From: Marsupella aquatica
Lineage: Eukaryota; Plantae; Marchantiophyta
DNA: 64,000 nucleotides
NCBI GenBank assembly: GCA_973895155.1
Contig: OZ316898.1
Span: 19,665,292-19,729,291 of the forward strand
Direction: 5' to 3'
Shown here: one piece after another, positions 1-11,030 of the stretch
Numbering within the stretch: the first letter of the stretch is position 1
How the letters are laid out: each line of letters begins with the position of its first letter
The notes under the pieces: model-generated
What the model was told of the DNA's origin: nothing
What the model saw: only the letters and a program-made list of their open reading frames with translations
Databases searched by the model: none
Translations under genes and position numbers: made by a program

Positions 1-1249
1 TGCAAGCACTTCGCAAAAGAACGTATTATCGTCGGACGGTAGGTGTGGTTCCCAACTCGATCTGCCTGGGTTGAATCATCGTCATGAGCTCCCGGATGAG
101 CAACAATAGATTATTGGTTGGCTTGTCGAGAGACTGGTGACCTGCACAAGCCTCGCCCGATTATTACAGTGAGTCGCTGGGGAGCTCGCCATGATGATTG
201 CTGGAGGAAGAAGGTCAACACGGGTTTACTTACAGCATTATTTTGGGATTTTCGTATTAAGTGAAGTTTGGCTTATGCCAACAAATGATCAAACTTTGGA
301 GCATGTGGCTTGACAACCGATCAACTTAGAAGTGTTGTAGAAGCATGTCGCTAGTAAAAGATATTGTAGTCAATGGGAGTATGGGAGGCTCTGGGTTCAT
401 TTCAGCTGGGCACCCCCACCTACACCAGATGGGTTTGAATTAGGAATAAAGTACAGTGTCATAAGTGATGGCCTCAGTAATCGCATTTGGATTTTGCCCA
501 AAAATGTGCAAGCTGACATTGTGTGAAAGCAATGATGTATTGACTTGTCATAATTGCCGAGTTAGTGAAGGGAAGGTGATCCACCTTTCTTGTCTGCCCA
601 CCATCAGTCAAGCTCTGAAATGGCATGATCTGATAACTTGAATTAATGGCCAATATTGGGTTTGGACTTGTCCGACAAATAGGGCCTCTGGGGTCCGAAA
701 ATGACATATGTTGCCCCGGTCAATCCTGGGCGGCCGGGTGATAGGGTCGGGCCGGGCGGGAGAGTTTGGGAGGGTTCGGGAGAGTCCGGGACCGGCCCGG
801 GGATAGTTCAGGAAATTTTGGTCGTGGCCAGGGAATCAACAACTATAATAAAGAAGCCCGCCAAAAGTAATCAATCGTCCCTCTACAAACTCAGATTTTG
901 TGGGAACAAAGCCTGACCATTGGATTTATGTTAGGTTTAATTCTAACCCTAGATCAGCTAGAACTAAGTGTCCACCAAAGCAAATAGGACCTTAGGGTAA
1001 GTAGGTGATAATAATTATGAGGGGCAGTAATAATTATAAGGGGAGACCCAAGGGGTACAAGTATACCAAGACATTTTGGTACACATAAATATATTTAATA
1101 GAGGTACTCAATCATTACATGCTAAAAGCCTATGTATCTAAAAGGAAATAGATGTAAAATTAGGAATACTGGCCCCGATTATGCGTTCTTTGAATGTGAA
1201 TAGCAGAGAGTACAATAAAAGAATTATCAAAATATATTTTTGATTCATA

Positions 1250-1582
1250 TTCTTTGAAGATTAATGAAATGATAAAAAAACCTATCATTTTAATAGTCAT
1301 AAGTAATATATCATTCTCCTTGATGTGCACAGGTTTTTTTAATGCACATTCATATTCTATGCACATATGTTGTGGTGGGATCATACTACCTATATTTGGT
1401 TAATATAAATATTTAAAAATTATCACATAAAACTGGCATGTATATATATCATAGTCATGTCATAAGTTTTTCCCATGTAATGATGACCATGCACATGATG
1501 ACCATAGAGTTACAGTCTAGAGGTTTCTCTCTAGACCCTAGCTTGTGAAAAGTAGGCTACAATTCGCGCTTTATTAGTAAGA
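1250..1582 (-). mobile_element. Non-autonomous Helitron-like element, 5' part (family also at ~44710-45006)
   Basis: Minus strand reads A|TCTTACTAATAAAG at 1582, a TC start after A as in Helitron 5' ends. It shares motifs with 44710-45006 (TTCTATGCACA...TGTTRTGGTGGG, CATRGAGTTA..GTCTAGA.GTTTC.CTCTAGA), and that copy also ends A|TCTTACTTATAAAG. Left boundary approximate. Confidence 0.5.
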
Positions 1583-1969
1583 TGAAATAAACTAAAATGG
1601 ATGTATGTGATTGTGAAAATTATATTTTTTAATGGGAGTGAACTTAAGTAATTTTTTTTTTCAAAAAGCTAAAAACTAATTATTTGAGGCCAATTAAAAA
1701 AAAGTCATGGAAAAGTGGAAACCTTTGTCTAAACTATTTTTAAAAATTTTGTCAGATTTATCCATGAACCTCATTTAAAATAAAATGCTTGCCCTTTAGC
1801 CTGCCCACAAAAACATAATTAAACTCTATGATGTAGTGGCTACTATCTTGGGTCTCTAATTTTTATGTGCAACGCACGGGTTATTGAACACGACCACAAC
1901 AACTATATAATCATTCAAGATCACACATAACATGTCTCACCACTACATCGCAAAGCGTTTTTGTTTTTG

Positions 1970-2683
1970 CCTTGCCTTGACATGTTTTTTTAACCTTTAC
2001 ATATTTATTTCTTCCCAACATCTTTATCTTGTTTTGATATATTTTTCTCACATTCATATCTTTATCTCACCATGACATTTTTTCTCACCCTCGACATCTT
2101 TTCTTTCCTTGAGAACTTTTCTCACTTGGCTTGATATCTTTTTCTGGCCTCAAAATCTTATGTTTTTCTAATCTTGCCATACTTCCTCACCTTCAGATCT
2201 TTTCCTCACCCTTGACGTTTTTTCTCTCCTTGAGATCTTTCCTTCATCTTTACATCTCTTTGTCACCTCACCCAGTTTCTCTCCTTGACATTTTTCTCAC
2301 CTCCACTTCTTTTTCTCATCAACAGCTTTTTCCTGGCTTTTTTCACCTCAATATCTTTTCCTCACGTCAACATCTTTTCTCATCTGGACGTGTTTATCAC
2401 TTTCACATTTTTTGCTCACCTTAACAATTAACTTCTCCCCTAGACATCCTTTATCCCCTCAACATCTTTTATGTCCTTGACATTTTTTGCTCACCAAGAT
2501 ATCTTTTATCTTTTTGACATATTTTCTCACCCCGAAATCATTTATCACCTTGAAATTTTTTACTCACCTTGACATCTTTTCTTTTCTCTCCTTGACATCT
2601 TTCATCACCTCAACATCTTTTGTTCACTTCAACATCATTTCTCTCCTCAACATCTTTTATGCAAAGCACGCACATTAGGCTAG
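1970..2683 (+). repeat. Degenerate ~19-20 bp pyrimidine-rich minisatellite (consensus ~TCTCACCTTGACATCTTTT) ending in a Helitron-like 3' end
   Basis: Dozens of imperfect CACCTTGACATCTTTT units. The array terminates in TGCAAAGCACGCACATTAGGCTAG|T (CTAG at 2680-2683), resembling plant Helitron 3' ends. Confidence 0.65.
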
Positions 2684-2721
2684 TATAGAATAATATCCTA
2701 CAAATGACCCATTTTTGAGCC

Positions 2722-2836
2722 CACAAGTTGTCATTTGTACTGTGTGAAAACCGGGATGGCATTGGACCACGTTAGATTGCACAAGTTGTCATTTGTATTG
2801 TGTGAAAACCGGGATGGCATTGGACCACGTTAGATT
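2722..2836. repeat. 58-bp tandem duplication (2 copies)
   Basis: CACAAGTTGTCATTTGTAYTGTGTGAAAACCGGGATGGCATTGGACCACGTTAGATT at 2722 and 2780. Confidence 0.9.
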
Positions 2837-4703
2837 TCTCGTATCACCCTTCCCTTTGCCTCGTTATTCAACGTATAACGGATTGGTCCTTGTTGCATTC
2901 AGGTCCAAAATCAAATTCTCCTTCACATTTCGAGGTGATTGACTTGGAGTAGAATGGCGCAGGAGGTTGTTCTACTTTGCTACTAGGTATTATGGTCAAG
3001 GGATTTGAGAGTTGTTATGTCGGACATTGATGCGCGTTCTCTCCATCGACTGCAAAATCGAATAACACACACACGTTGTTGCTCTCCAATTTGTACCTGT
3101 CTATAGGACGACGGAGCCTTTCAACGAGAACGACGAGTTTGAAGGAAAGTTTCAACTTACTTAAATCGACTCGCCAAGCAACTCGGCCATTAGCCAGTAT
3201 CTTAACTCGTGAGTTTCAAAGATCTGTAAACACATCATACAATCGAATTGGAAACGATGTGGAAAGGTTTTGGGTAAGGTGAGCGATGTCATTTTTCTCG
3301 GATGCGAATAGCTTCGTATATCGTCCTTTGCAAGCATGCATCCGGCAGCTCAAATCAGTTCCTGCTTCAAAAATTGATTAGGAAGGATTTGTGCAGAAAG
3401 ATCTCGGGCAACGTACGGCGAGTTGTGAGCATTTTTTCATCTTGTCAATCTTCTTAGTTAAGTCACGTTCGAGAGCGGTTTCGTTGGCTTTAATCCCTCT
3501 CGAGCTGATCTTACGTTTCCCACACGGAGCTGAAAGAAACTTTTGCTCAGAAATCGTTAGTAAAAGTTGCGCACAGAGGTTTGAGGCGAGGCGAGGCGAG
3601 GTGCTTGATTTGCGCTGTAACGTATTGTGTTCCAATTTAGCGCACAACAGTAGCGTTCAAGGTGAGGAACTTCCAAACCAGCTCAAATTTGTCGATCCCA
3701 TCGAAACGACGTTGTAGTGGCGGAATCATGGATAAATGCCTGGGTGATTTTTCAAGTGCATAGCGAAAGTGAGAATTAGTTCGATACAAATTCCAATGAA
3801 CAGTAAGAAATATTTCACATGTCTGCCCCAAAAAATTCCAACCCCGTAATAGTCACATGCGCGAGGAAGTGCAGGGAATGCATTTTGAGCTTGGATTTGG
3901 AGTTCGAAACACACAGAACTGTCGTCGGAGACTGTATTGATAACAGTAAGTTGTCGGTCAGCTGGAAACATGGAACATTTAAAAGAACACGTTGCAAATC
4001 TTCACTCAATGACATTGAAAATGATAGGAATCGATGATCAATAGTTGTGTGCAAAGAATAGCTGTTTGTATTCAGAGTCTCAGCAAGTACAAGCATATTG
4101 GAACAATCTGTGCCGCAAAAGTTTCGAGGCTTCACTTTGTGCCTAATGGATAACTCGTGTAAAGATGTTGGAAAAACTCTCCTAACTTGCGTCTTGCCAA
4201 TTCAATAGATGGTCACTCACATTTCGTATTCTAACACAAACAGTATAAAAACTGATTTAAAACCTCAAATCTTCTCAGTGAGCACCGTGCCTCAATAGTG
4301 AACTACTAATTAGTCTACCAGAGGCGGTGATTTCCGAAGTATACTAACAAACGTTTGCTGCCTCTAACAGTTTAGAGGCGTAAATCACAATCCTGTACAT
4401 TTTAGATATCCTTGTCAGCTCAAACTTCCGTAATAAAGGAAGGGTGCTGCGTCACTCCTAATTATGAAGAAACTTCTGCAAATGTTGCGTGAGAGTTGGT
4501 TTCTTCCAAAAGAGTCTTGCTTATTATGAAGCCTGGAGATTCCAGACCGTCCTGAACCGACCATGTAACTATGTAAACCAATATGGAACTATCATGATGA
4601 CTCTGTGGCTGAAAGTTAAACTGGTCCAGGAGGGTGAGACTATCAGATCAGCCGTAATATGAGAAACAATTACAATTCATCAATCCATCGCCCGTCATGA
4701 CCT

Positions 4704-5702
4704 CTAGCATCCACAGGGGGCATGGCAGCAGCAAGTGCAAGCCCAGCAAGCAATTAAGGCAGCAGCCAGAGTTTTAGCACCCGGCTTCCTCTTCTTCTTC
4801 TGCTCCAACTTCTTATCGTAAGGGTAGCCAACCGGGGCGGGGGCCTGCTCCTGATTGTAGTAATAGTGGTGGTGGAAATGTCTCTCAGATCCGCTCCCTG
4901 TCCAGTGTCCACTTCCAGTTGCAGTTGCCCCTGGAGGAGGCGTTCCTGGCTGAATTTGGTTGCCATTACCATCATAGTAGACGTAATCACCTTTGGGCAT
5001 GGGTCCGTTCTTAGGACCCTGAGTTATGAAGCCCCCTTGTGGACCCTGCCAATTGGATTGCTGAGATCCATTGGCCGCTGGAGCCCCCTGTACATACCCT
5101 CCTCCTGCTTGATTCTGCCCCTGCCAATTGGGTTGCTGGGATCCATTGGCAGGTGGAGCTCCCTGAACGTACCCTCCTCCTGCTTGGTTGGTGCCTGAAT
5201 TGACTGGGACTCCTTGCTGCACGTTCCTCTCTTGCCAGTTTGCTGATTGTTGTTGCTGTTGAGGTCCTGGACCATTAGCCTGCTGAGGAGCTTGAATATA
5301 TCCTCCTCCTACAGGCCCTGGGCCTGCTGCTGACTTGCTATTGCCCTGATTCGTAGGAGTTGCAGGGCCTGTCGGGCCACCTTGCTGGTTGTCATTCCAA
5401 ACGGGTGCAGAGCCCTGAGTGTAAGCACCACTACCGTTCGACCACAGCTGATTGTTACCAGCTTTGCTAGAAGTCTTCACATTCTCCGGAGCAGCATTCC
5501 CAGCAACATTGCCGGACTTGTTGGAGCTAACATTGGGGTAGCCAACAGAGTTAGGATTGCCGGCTTTGTTGGTGCTAACGTTCGGGTAACCACCCGAGTT
5601 ATTCACGGATCCATTGTTGTTGTTGCGTCCGTTTGAAGATCCTGTGAATGGCACCAGTCCGCCTCGCCGAGCCGCCTCACTGTCGGGACGAGCGCCTGAC
5701 AT
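4704..5702 (-). CDS. Gly/Gln/Asn/Pro-rich low-complexity protein with C-terminal CYSTM-like cysteine-rich membrane anchor (332 aa)
   Basis: Single ATG-initiated 332-aa ORF. Internal repeats NSxGYPNVSxNKxGN x2 and QAGGGYVQGAPxANGSQQxNWQG x2-3. It ends in a basic patch, hydrophobic stretch and Cys cluster (KKKRKPGAKTLAAALIACWACTCCCHAPCGC), the CYSTM-type layout. Confidence 0.8.
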   Translation of the reverse strand: MSGARPDSEAARRGGLVPFTGSSNGRNNNNGSVNNSGGYPNVSTNKAGNPNSVGYPNVSSNKSGNVAGNAAPENVKTSSKAGNNQLWSNGSGAYTQGSAPVWNDNQQGGPTGPATPTNQGNSKSAAGPGPVGGGYIQAPQQANGPGPQQQQQSANWQERNVQQGVPVNSGTNQAGGGYVQGAPPANGSQQPNWQGQNQAGGGYVQGAPAANGSQQSNWQGPQGGFITQGPKNGPMPKGDYVYYDGNGNQIQPGTPPPGATATGSGHWTGSGSERHFHHHYYYNQEQAPAPVGYPYDKKLEQKKKRKPGAKTLAAALIACWACTCCCHAPCGC

Positions 5703-6766
5703 CCCTCTAAAGTTTTCTCAGAAAGAATCAATCTGAAGCGTCGAGACTGACTCTGTCAATGTAGAATGTAGAATGCAGATCTAAAACCGCAGTCGTTCGA
5801 GACCGAAACTACCCAACGAAGTGATTCAACTAATCTTCAAGCTTTCTAAATGCCCGACGTCTCTAATGCCTCAGAGCTCGCCTCAGAGCTTCAACGAAAT
5901 CAATGGAGATGAGCTTATCTATCAAAGAGTTACTCAAGTCTCCAATCTTGGAGCCCCAAGTGCTCTCAAAAAAGCTCTCTGAATTCTGTCTGCTCAAGAA
6001 TGCCAATATATGGGCTGTCTGTTTCCTCCCCCACCGCAATCTGCTCCTCTGCACACAAACTTGGATTGAATTCGAAGTTCTCCCAGTCCACAATCTTCCC
6101 CCGGTTCCAAGCAACACACAGTTCGTCCCTGCATCAACTTGGGTGCAGACGCAACTATATGTTGGTCCCGGCTGAATCCCATCGATGCCATTGAATATGC
6201 AGAGATTTGTCAGTTCTTTGACACGTCGATCTTCGGCCCCCTTCAAACCCTCCTGAAATGCCACGTATCTTCAAGCGAAGGTCCCTTCCGCCACAGCTGG
6301 AACGTCGGGACCCACTCCGACCGATGGTTCTAAGCATCCACCGTCGAGAAACTTCGAAATCTGGAGGAAACCAATGTATTATCTGAAGGTTTATACGTCT
6401 AACCACTGGATTTAAATTATCCTCGACGGAGACTTCGTTTCGACTCCAAGTACTGTAGAGTGCTACCTGGCCATTGGACGGGGCGACCGGCTGGGGCCGG
6501 TGATTGCGAGGTGGCGCCAAAGTAGTCCTCTGTGAAACAGCGTGTCGGTGGGTTTGTTACCGGGACGGGATTGCCAAGTGCCCGGTTTCGAGAGGGCAAC
6601 GGCGCTGGGAGACCGTGTCTGCGGATTTGACGCGGTCGGTTGTTTCTTGGCGTGTCAATTGACGACGGCCACCGCTTGCAGTAATCGGACGCACGCTGAC
6701 AGTGTAACATGTTATTGTGATCTCTAAATAGAGCCTCTCAAACATTGGAAAAAAAAAAACAATCCT

Positions 6767-6947
6767 CACATGTGTCCCGATTTGTACTGCGACTTAGCAA
6801 AACTGGGCTTAGCAAAACTGGGTATAGCCCGGCAATGAATTTTAGGGCTCTTAGATTTCAGAGGCACATGTGTCCCGATTTGTACTGCGGCTTAGCAAAA
6901 CTGGGTATAGCCCGGCAATGAATTTTAGGGCTCTTAGATTTCAGAGG
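6767..6947. repeat. ~83-98 bp tandem duplication with nested 15-bp duplication
   Basis: CACATGTGTCCCGATTTGTACTGCG...CTCTTAGATTTCAGAGG occurs twice. The first copy has CTTAGCAAAACTGGG duplicated. Confidence 0.9.
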
Positions 6948-7164
6948 GGTCATGGCAGTATGTGAAATGACAAGGTGAATCAATGAACATATTGAAACTG
7001 GGTCCTCTCCTCTTAGCAATCGGCCCTCACTCACGAATCCCGGGTGTGACTGGTCAGGCCTCACATTTGGTGCCTGATTAGTCATTCCCACTGCCATGGG
7101 TCACACAACACTCGAGAACAAGGTCACTCACTAAAATTCATTGTATTTGAGATGCCCTAATGAT

Positions 7165-7505
7165 ATAGAGTAACATAAAAGTTAATGTCTGCTGACAGTG
7201 TAAGAACATTGAGATCCCCAGTCATATTGAGTAACATACGTTGATGGCTGCAGACAGTGTAAAGCATCATGCTCTCTAATCCTATACAGTGAAGTAAACG
7301 TAAATCACTGACAGTGTGAACGATTGCGATCTTCAATCACACATAGTAGTAACTTAAACGTTAACACCTGCTGACAGTGTCAAATGCTGTGATCTCTTAT
7401 CGTGAGGAGTAACATGAATCGAGATGCCTGATGACATTGTAAAACATAGTGCTTTGTGGAATCACAATGAAAGTACAGTGGTAATGCCAACTTTCAGTGT
7501 AAAAC
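7165..7505. repeat. Degenerate ~60-bp tandem array (6 units) with conserved AGTAACAT...CTGACAGTGT core
   Basis: GACAGTGT-like cores end at 7201, 7260, 7317, 7380, 7440 and 7500. Intervening sequence is highly diverged. Confidence 0.75.
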
Positions 7506-7862
7506 TAGTTGATCTTGACTTCTAGCAGTAAGGCTAAAGCTGACTTACTGTTTTAGCTTACATGTCTTTTACACCTATTGTATTATAAGTGTCTGAGCAT
7601 ATTTTTTGCTGTTTTGCAAAGGATTTCAAATTACACAAACATGCACCCTGCTTCCGTGGAAAAATACTTTGTTTTGCAAGTCATCTCTAAATTTTATGTG
7701 GCTTACATGCGTCCAGGATATATTTACACACAAGTATCTCAACTTTTAAAAGAAACTCTTTTTTTTACACAAGGTCGTGAGGGCCATGGAAAAAGATCCT
7801 GGACTGAGCTTGTGAACCCTGCAACCCCCACCAACATGACAAGCCTTACACCCTCGATCACT

Positions 7863-8218
7863 TGTTGAGCATAGACGACATTCGCAACCTCGTTTGCAAC
7901 GGCAAGCCCATGAACCATCCAACGCACAATAGTCGACACAGAGAGATACGTGGTTCACCTCCACATGAGACTACGTCCACGGGAACACACAAGAGTTTTA
8001 CTGCACTCTAGATCGACCGACCATACCAAGCATCCATAGCACAAGCTCTCATTATCTCTCAACTAGCTCCGTAACAATGAGCCTAAGTTCCACTAGGGTC
8101 TGGCATCAGCCCTGGCTATATATACAATAGCACTACCGTTAACATTAGCTAAATTCTAACCCGAGTTAGACTAACTGTGGTTAGCTCATGAGTCACAAGA
8201 CTAGAACAATATCTAACA
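7863..8218. mobile_element. Solo LTR (356 bp) of an LTR retrotransposon
   Basis: Starts TGTTG and ends TAACA. Flanked by a perfect 5-bp TSD, TCACT (7858-7862 and 8219-8223). TATATATA box near 8117. No internal retroelement coding sequence. Confidence 0.85.
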
Positions 8219-8416
8219 TCACTTTCCCTTCAATGTCTCCCTTGCTGTGCAACCATATAGGTTTTTCTTGGGCTCAATGGAAGCAGGTTTGGAAATCTTT
8301 CCAATGAGCCTAATATTTCCAACTTTCATTAAGAAAGGAGGGCTGTAAATTTCCAAACATGGTTGTCTTGTTTCCACGTCATATTTCCTCTCTGGTGTAA
8401 TATGTATTATCTGAGC

Positions 8417-8552
8417 ACAATCATGGGTTTGGCTGAGGTCCATGTGGGTTACTCAAGTCTATACAGACATTTTTGCAGCCTGAGACAATCATGGGTTTGG
8501 CTGAGGTCCATGTGGGTTACTCAAGTCTATACAGACATTTTTGCAGCCTGAG
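8417..8552. repeat. 68-bp perfect tandem duplication
   Basis: ACAATCATGGGTTTGGCTGAGGTCCATGTGGGTTACTCAAGTCTATACAGACATTTTTGCAGCCTGAG x2. Confidence 0.9.
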
Positions 8553-9100
8553 AGCGCAGAGGCTCGTTAGGGCCTCCTCTTCTAGGGCCATGACGTCATT
8601 AGAAATAAAACCCCTTTAGTCACTGAAATCCAATGAGCCTGACCATAAAGTCCCTAAGCTTTTTCGACCTAAATTAACCTGATTCACAATTGGGTTACAC
8701 TTTTTATGTGATGAGTGGTTTCTCGAAAGGGTTTTGACTCATGTTTTCGCTTACTTCAAACCTTCATTAGTTTCTTAAAAAATTCGAGGAATCCTCCATT
8801 GGAGACCTTTACATTCATCAAGCAGTGAAAAGACTATTCTACACATTATTGTCCCAAAATCTTTTGCGCGTAGATTTCATGGTCATAATTAGGGATCATG
8901 AACTACTGCCCATAGATCATTAAGGATTATCCACCTTGACATTGCAATTCGTCTTATTTGCAGCACAATCTCCTATTATTTCTTCCAGTCTTCATTAACT
9001 GAGTTATCTTTGTTGTTTAAGATCTGTAGGTTAGAGCTCACGAGAGCACTGCTCAATTTTCACGACCTTCCTGAATAGAATCAAGTTGTTCACATTGTGT

Positions 9101-9649
9101 TCAATCTATGGCTTCCAATGAGTAGAAGTCGTTTGACTGGTATTGTGGTCCATGGAGCATCGTCTTCAAATCCCAATCCCACATTCTGGCAGTCATCCAT
9201 TGCGTTTCATTCTCTCCTCGGCCAGCACGTTCACTTCCTGGCACTGATTCAATAACATGGACTCGTCCTCTCAAATCAATCAGCTCAATCCTATTGAGTC
9301 TGTAATTCACAGTAGGTTTGTATTTCTCCAGCCAGTCAATTCCCACAATACCATCCACGTAAGATGTTGTGAGACCCGGTGTCACAAAAAAGTCATCCTG
9401 TGCAAAAAAGTCATCAATCTGATAAGGAGCTGAAAGAACCTCATAGTCTGCCGGCATCCTTGTTCCGGGACCATTCCCTGTATCAAGAGAGACCCAGGTA
9501 GGTGGCTCCTTCTTCACCATCGAGAGTCTCGCTCTCTTGGCGATTTCAGGCTTCAAGATGTTTACATTTGATCCCATTGACACACATAAAAGGGCAGACA
9601 CTCCATTCATCAACACTCGAAGGCGCATCAAGGGACTTCTCTGAGACAT
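9101..9649 (-). CDS. Stand-alone retropepsin-like (Ty3/gypsy aspartyl protease fold) protein, catalytic Asp replaced (182 aa from first ATG; may have an upstream exon via acceptor at 9716)
   Basis: MRLRVLMNGVSALLCVSMGSNVNIL aligns with the retropepsin motif 'GxxxxILIDSGATHNFI', with D replaced by S. VDGIVGIDWLEKYKPTVNY matches 'DVILGMDWLxxxxxxIDW'. The ORF is intact, has its own stop, and has no adjacent gag or RT. Confidence 0.75.
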   Translation of the reverse strand: MSQRSPLMRLRVLMNGVSALLCVSMGSNVNILKPEIAKRARLSMVKKEPPTWVSLDTGNGPGTRMPADYEVLSAPYQIDDFFAQDDFFVTPGLTTSYVDGIVGIDWLEKYKPTVNYRLNRIELIDLRGRVHVIESVPGSERAGRGENETQWMTARMWDWDLKTMLHGPQYQSNDFYSLEAID

Positions 9650-10817
9650 GGATTTCCTATGGCCAAGGCTCTCCCTCTTCCCAGAGTCCGAAGATGACAA
9701 ATCCCATTCATCCCCCTGCCAATTTCAAAACCCAGCAAAGTCACGGGTCCAATTAACATTCAAAAACTGCACCGGATTCTTGAATAGACAAATTTTCTTT
9801 AATGCAGTTTTTTGTTCCGTGGCATTGTGCAGCGCAATCTGCAAACTACCGAATTTCTCATGGACAGGATCATTGTTCTATTAAGTAGCACTAATTTGCT
9901 ATGCCCAAAGATCCTTACTGCCAGGGAGCACTGGAGCGATCACTGCAGATTAAATATTTACGTGCTAACTACAAGATGAGACTCTGAAACTATTACATTG
10001 AAGGGAAGAGTTTGACGAAGGTCTTGATCACGTTCTGGCGCGACCAATATGTCATTGTGTCTGATACCAAGAACGCATTGCACAGGCTACGAAACACCAA
10101 GTTCATAATTATATGGCGGAAAGAAAGTTGCCTTTGCCAGACATCGAAAGCATTGCATCGACACACGCTTCCATGGACTCACAACAAACATCAATTCATT
10201 GCATGAATTCAGCATTAATGACCAAATGGAGGGTGTATGCTGGGATATCCATCAGCTTTAGAAAGACCCCACCCCCTCTCTTCTCCTTCTCAAAGCTTTT
10301 TGTCGTCGGCTACGTTAAACAAAGCGCTTCATCAAATATTGCCAAAAATGAAGCCCAGAGAACGCAGAGAGCAATTATTTGCCTTTCAGCACAATTGGGC
10401 ATAAATTCTATCAAGGTGTCAACGAAGCGTCTGCTGCCGAAAGTATGATTGCTGATAGCCTTAATTACTTGAAGCAATTAATTCTCACTGCTTGGAAACC
10501 GTTGAGGACAATTGACGAAATCGATCTACACGTAAAATATAAAATCTCCACCATCGAAGGGTCGCTCCTTTCCATTGTCGGAGATAATTATGGATTCACG
10601 AATACCGGAACTCTGTTTGAACTCTACATCCAGGCTCGAGCAATCATACTAAGCCTTGATGACGACGTGAAAGACAGCGCTATACAATATATCATTCCTT
10701 GCATCCTTGCGAATTGGGCAGAAGTTAAGATGAAGGGAAAAAGCATTTTGTCGCCCATGATATGAAACCACATTCATGAGAAATGAGAGAAAAACCTCAC
10801 TAAATCCTTCTTAACGT

Positions 10818-11030
10818 CATCCATTGGCGCTGCACCCAGAATTGGACCGGAATGAAAGAAACCGCCAGATTGAGACAGAATTTTCGGAGGATATGAGATG
10901 ATATGGACAAAACCTCGTTGGTCATCCATTCTCTCTGCACCCCAAATTGTAAGGAAGTGAAAGGAACCGCCACATTGACACAGAATTTTCTCAGGAGATG
11001 AAACGAGATGACATGACATGACATGACATG
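10818..11030. repeat. ~105-bp diverged tandem duplication followed by a (GACAT)4 microsatellite
   Basis: CATCCATT..CTGCACCC..AATTG..GAAAG.AACCGCCA.ATTGA.ACAGAATTTTC occurs twice. GACAT repeats at about 11010-11030. Confidence 0.75.

Noticed and set aside
2131-2678. Hydrophobic F/L/S-rich ORFs
   Set aside because: These are translations of the pyrimidine-rich minisatellite.
3000-4140. Possible F-box/LRR-like or TE pseudogene on the minus strand
   Set aside because: Coding-like but broken by many stops, with no diagnostic motif I could confirm.
7165-7505. CRISPR-like look (conserved core with variable spacers)
   Set aside because: The repeats are highly degenerate, the spacers are related to each other, there are no cas genes, and the context is eukaryotic.
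9470-9495. DTG tripeptide (SLDTGNG) as the retropepsin active site
   Set aside because: It falls at the flap position (VxxANG equivalent). The true catalytic position aligns to SMG about 30 residues earlier.
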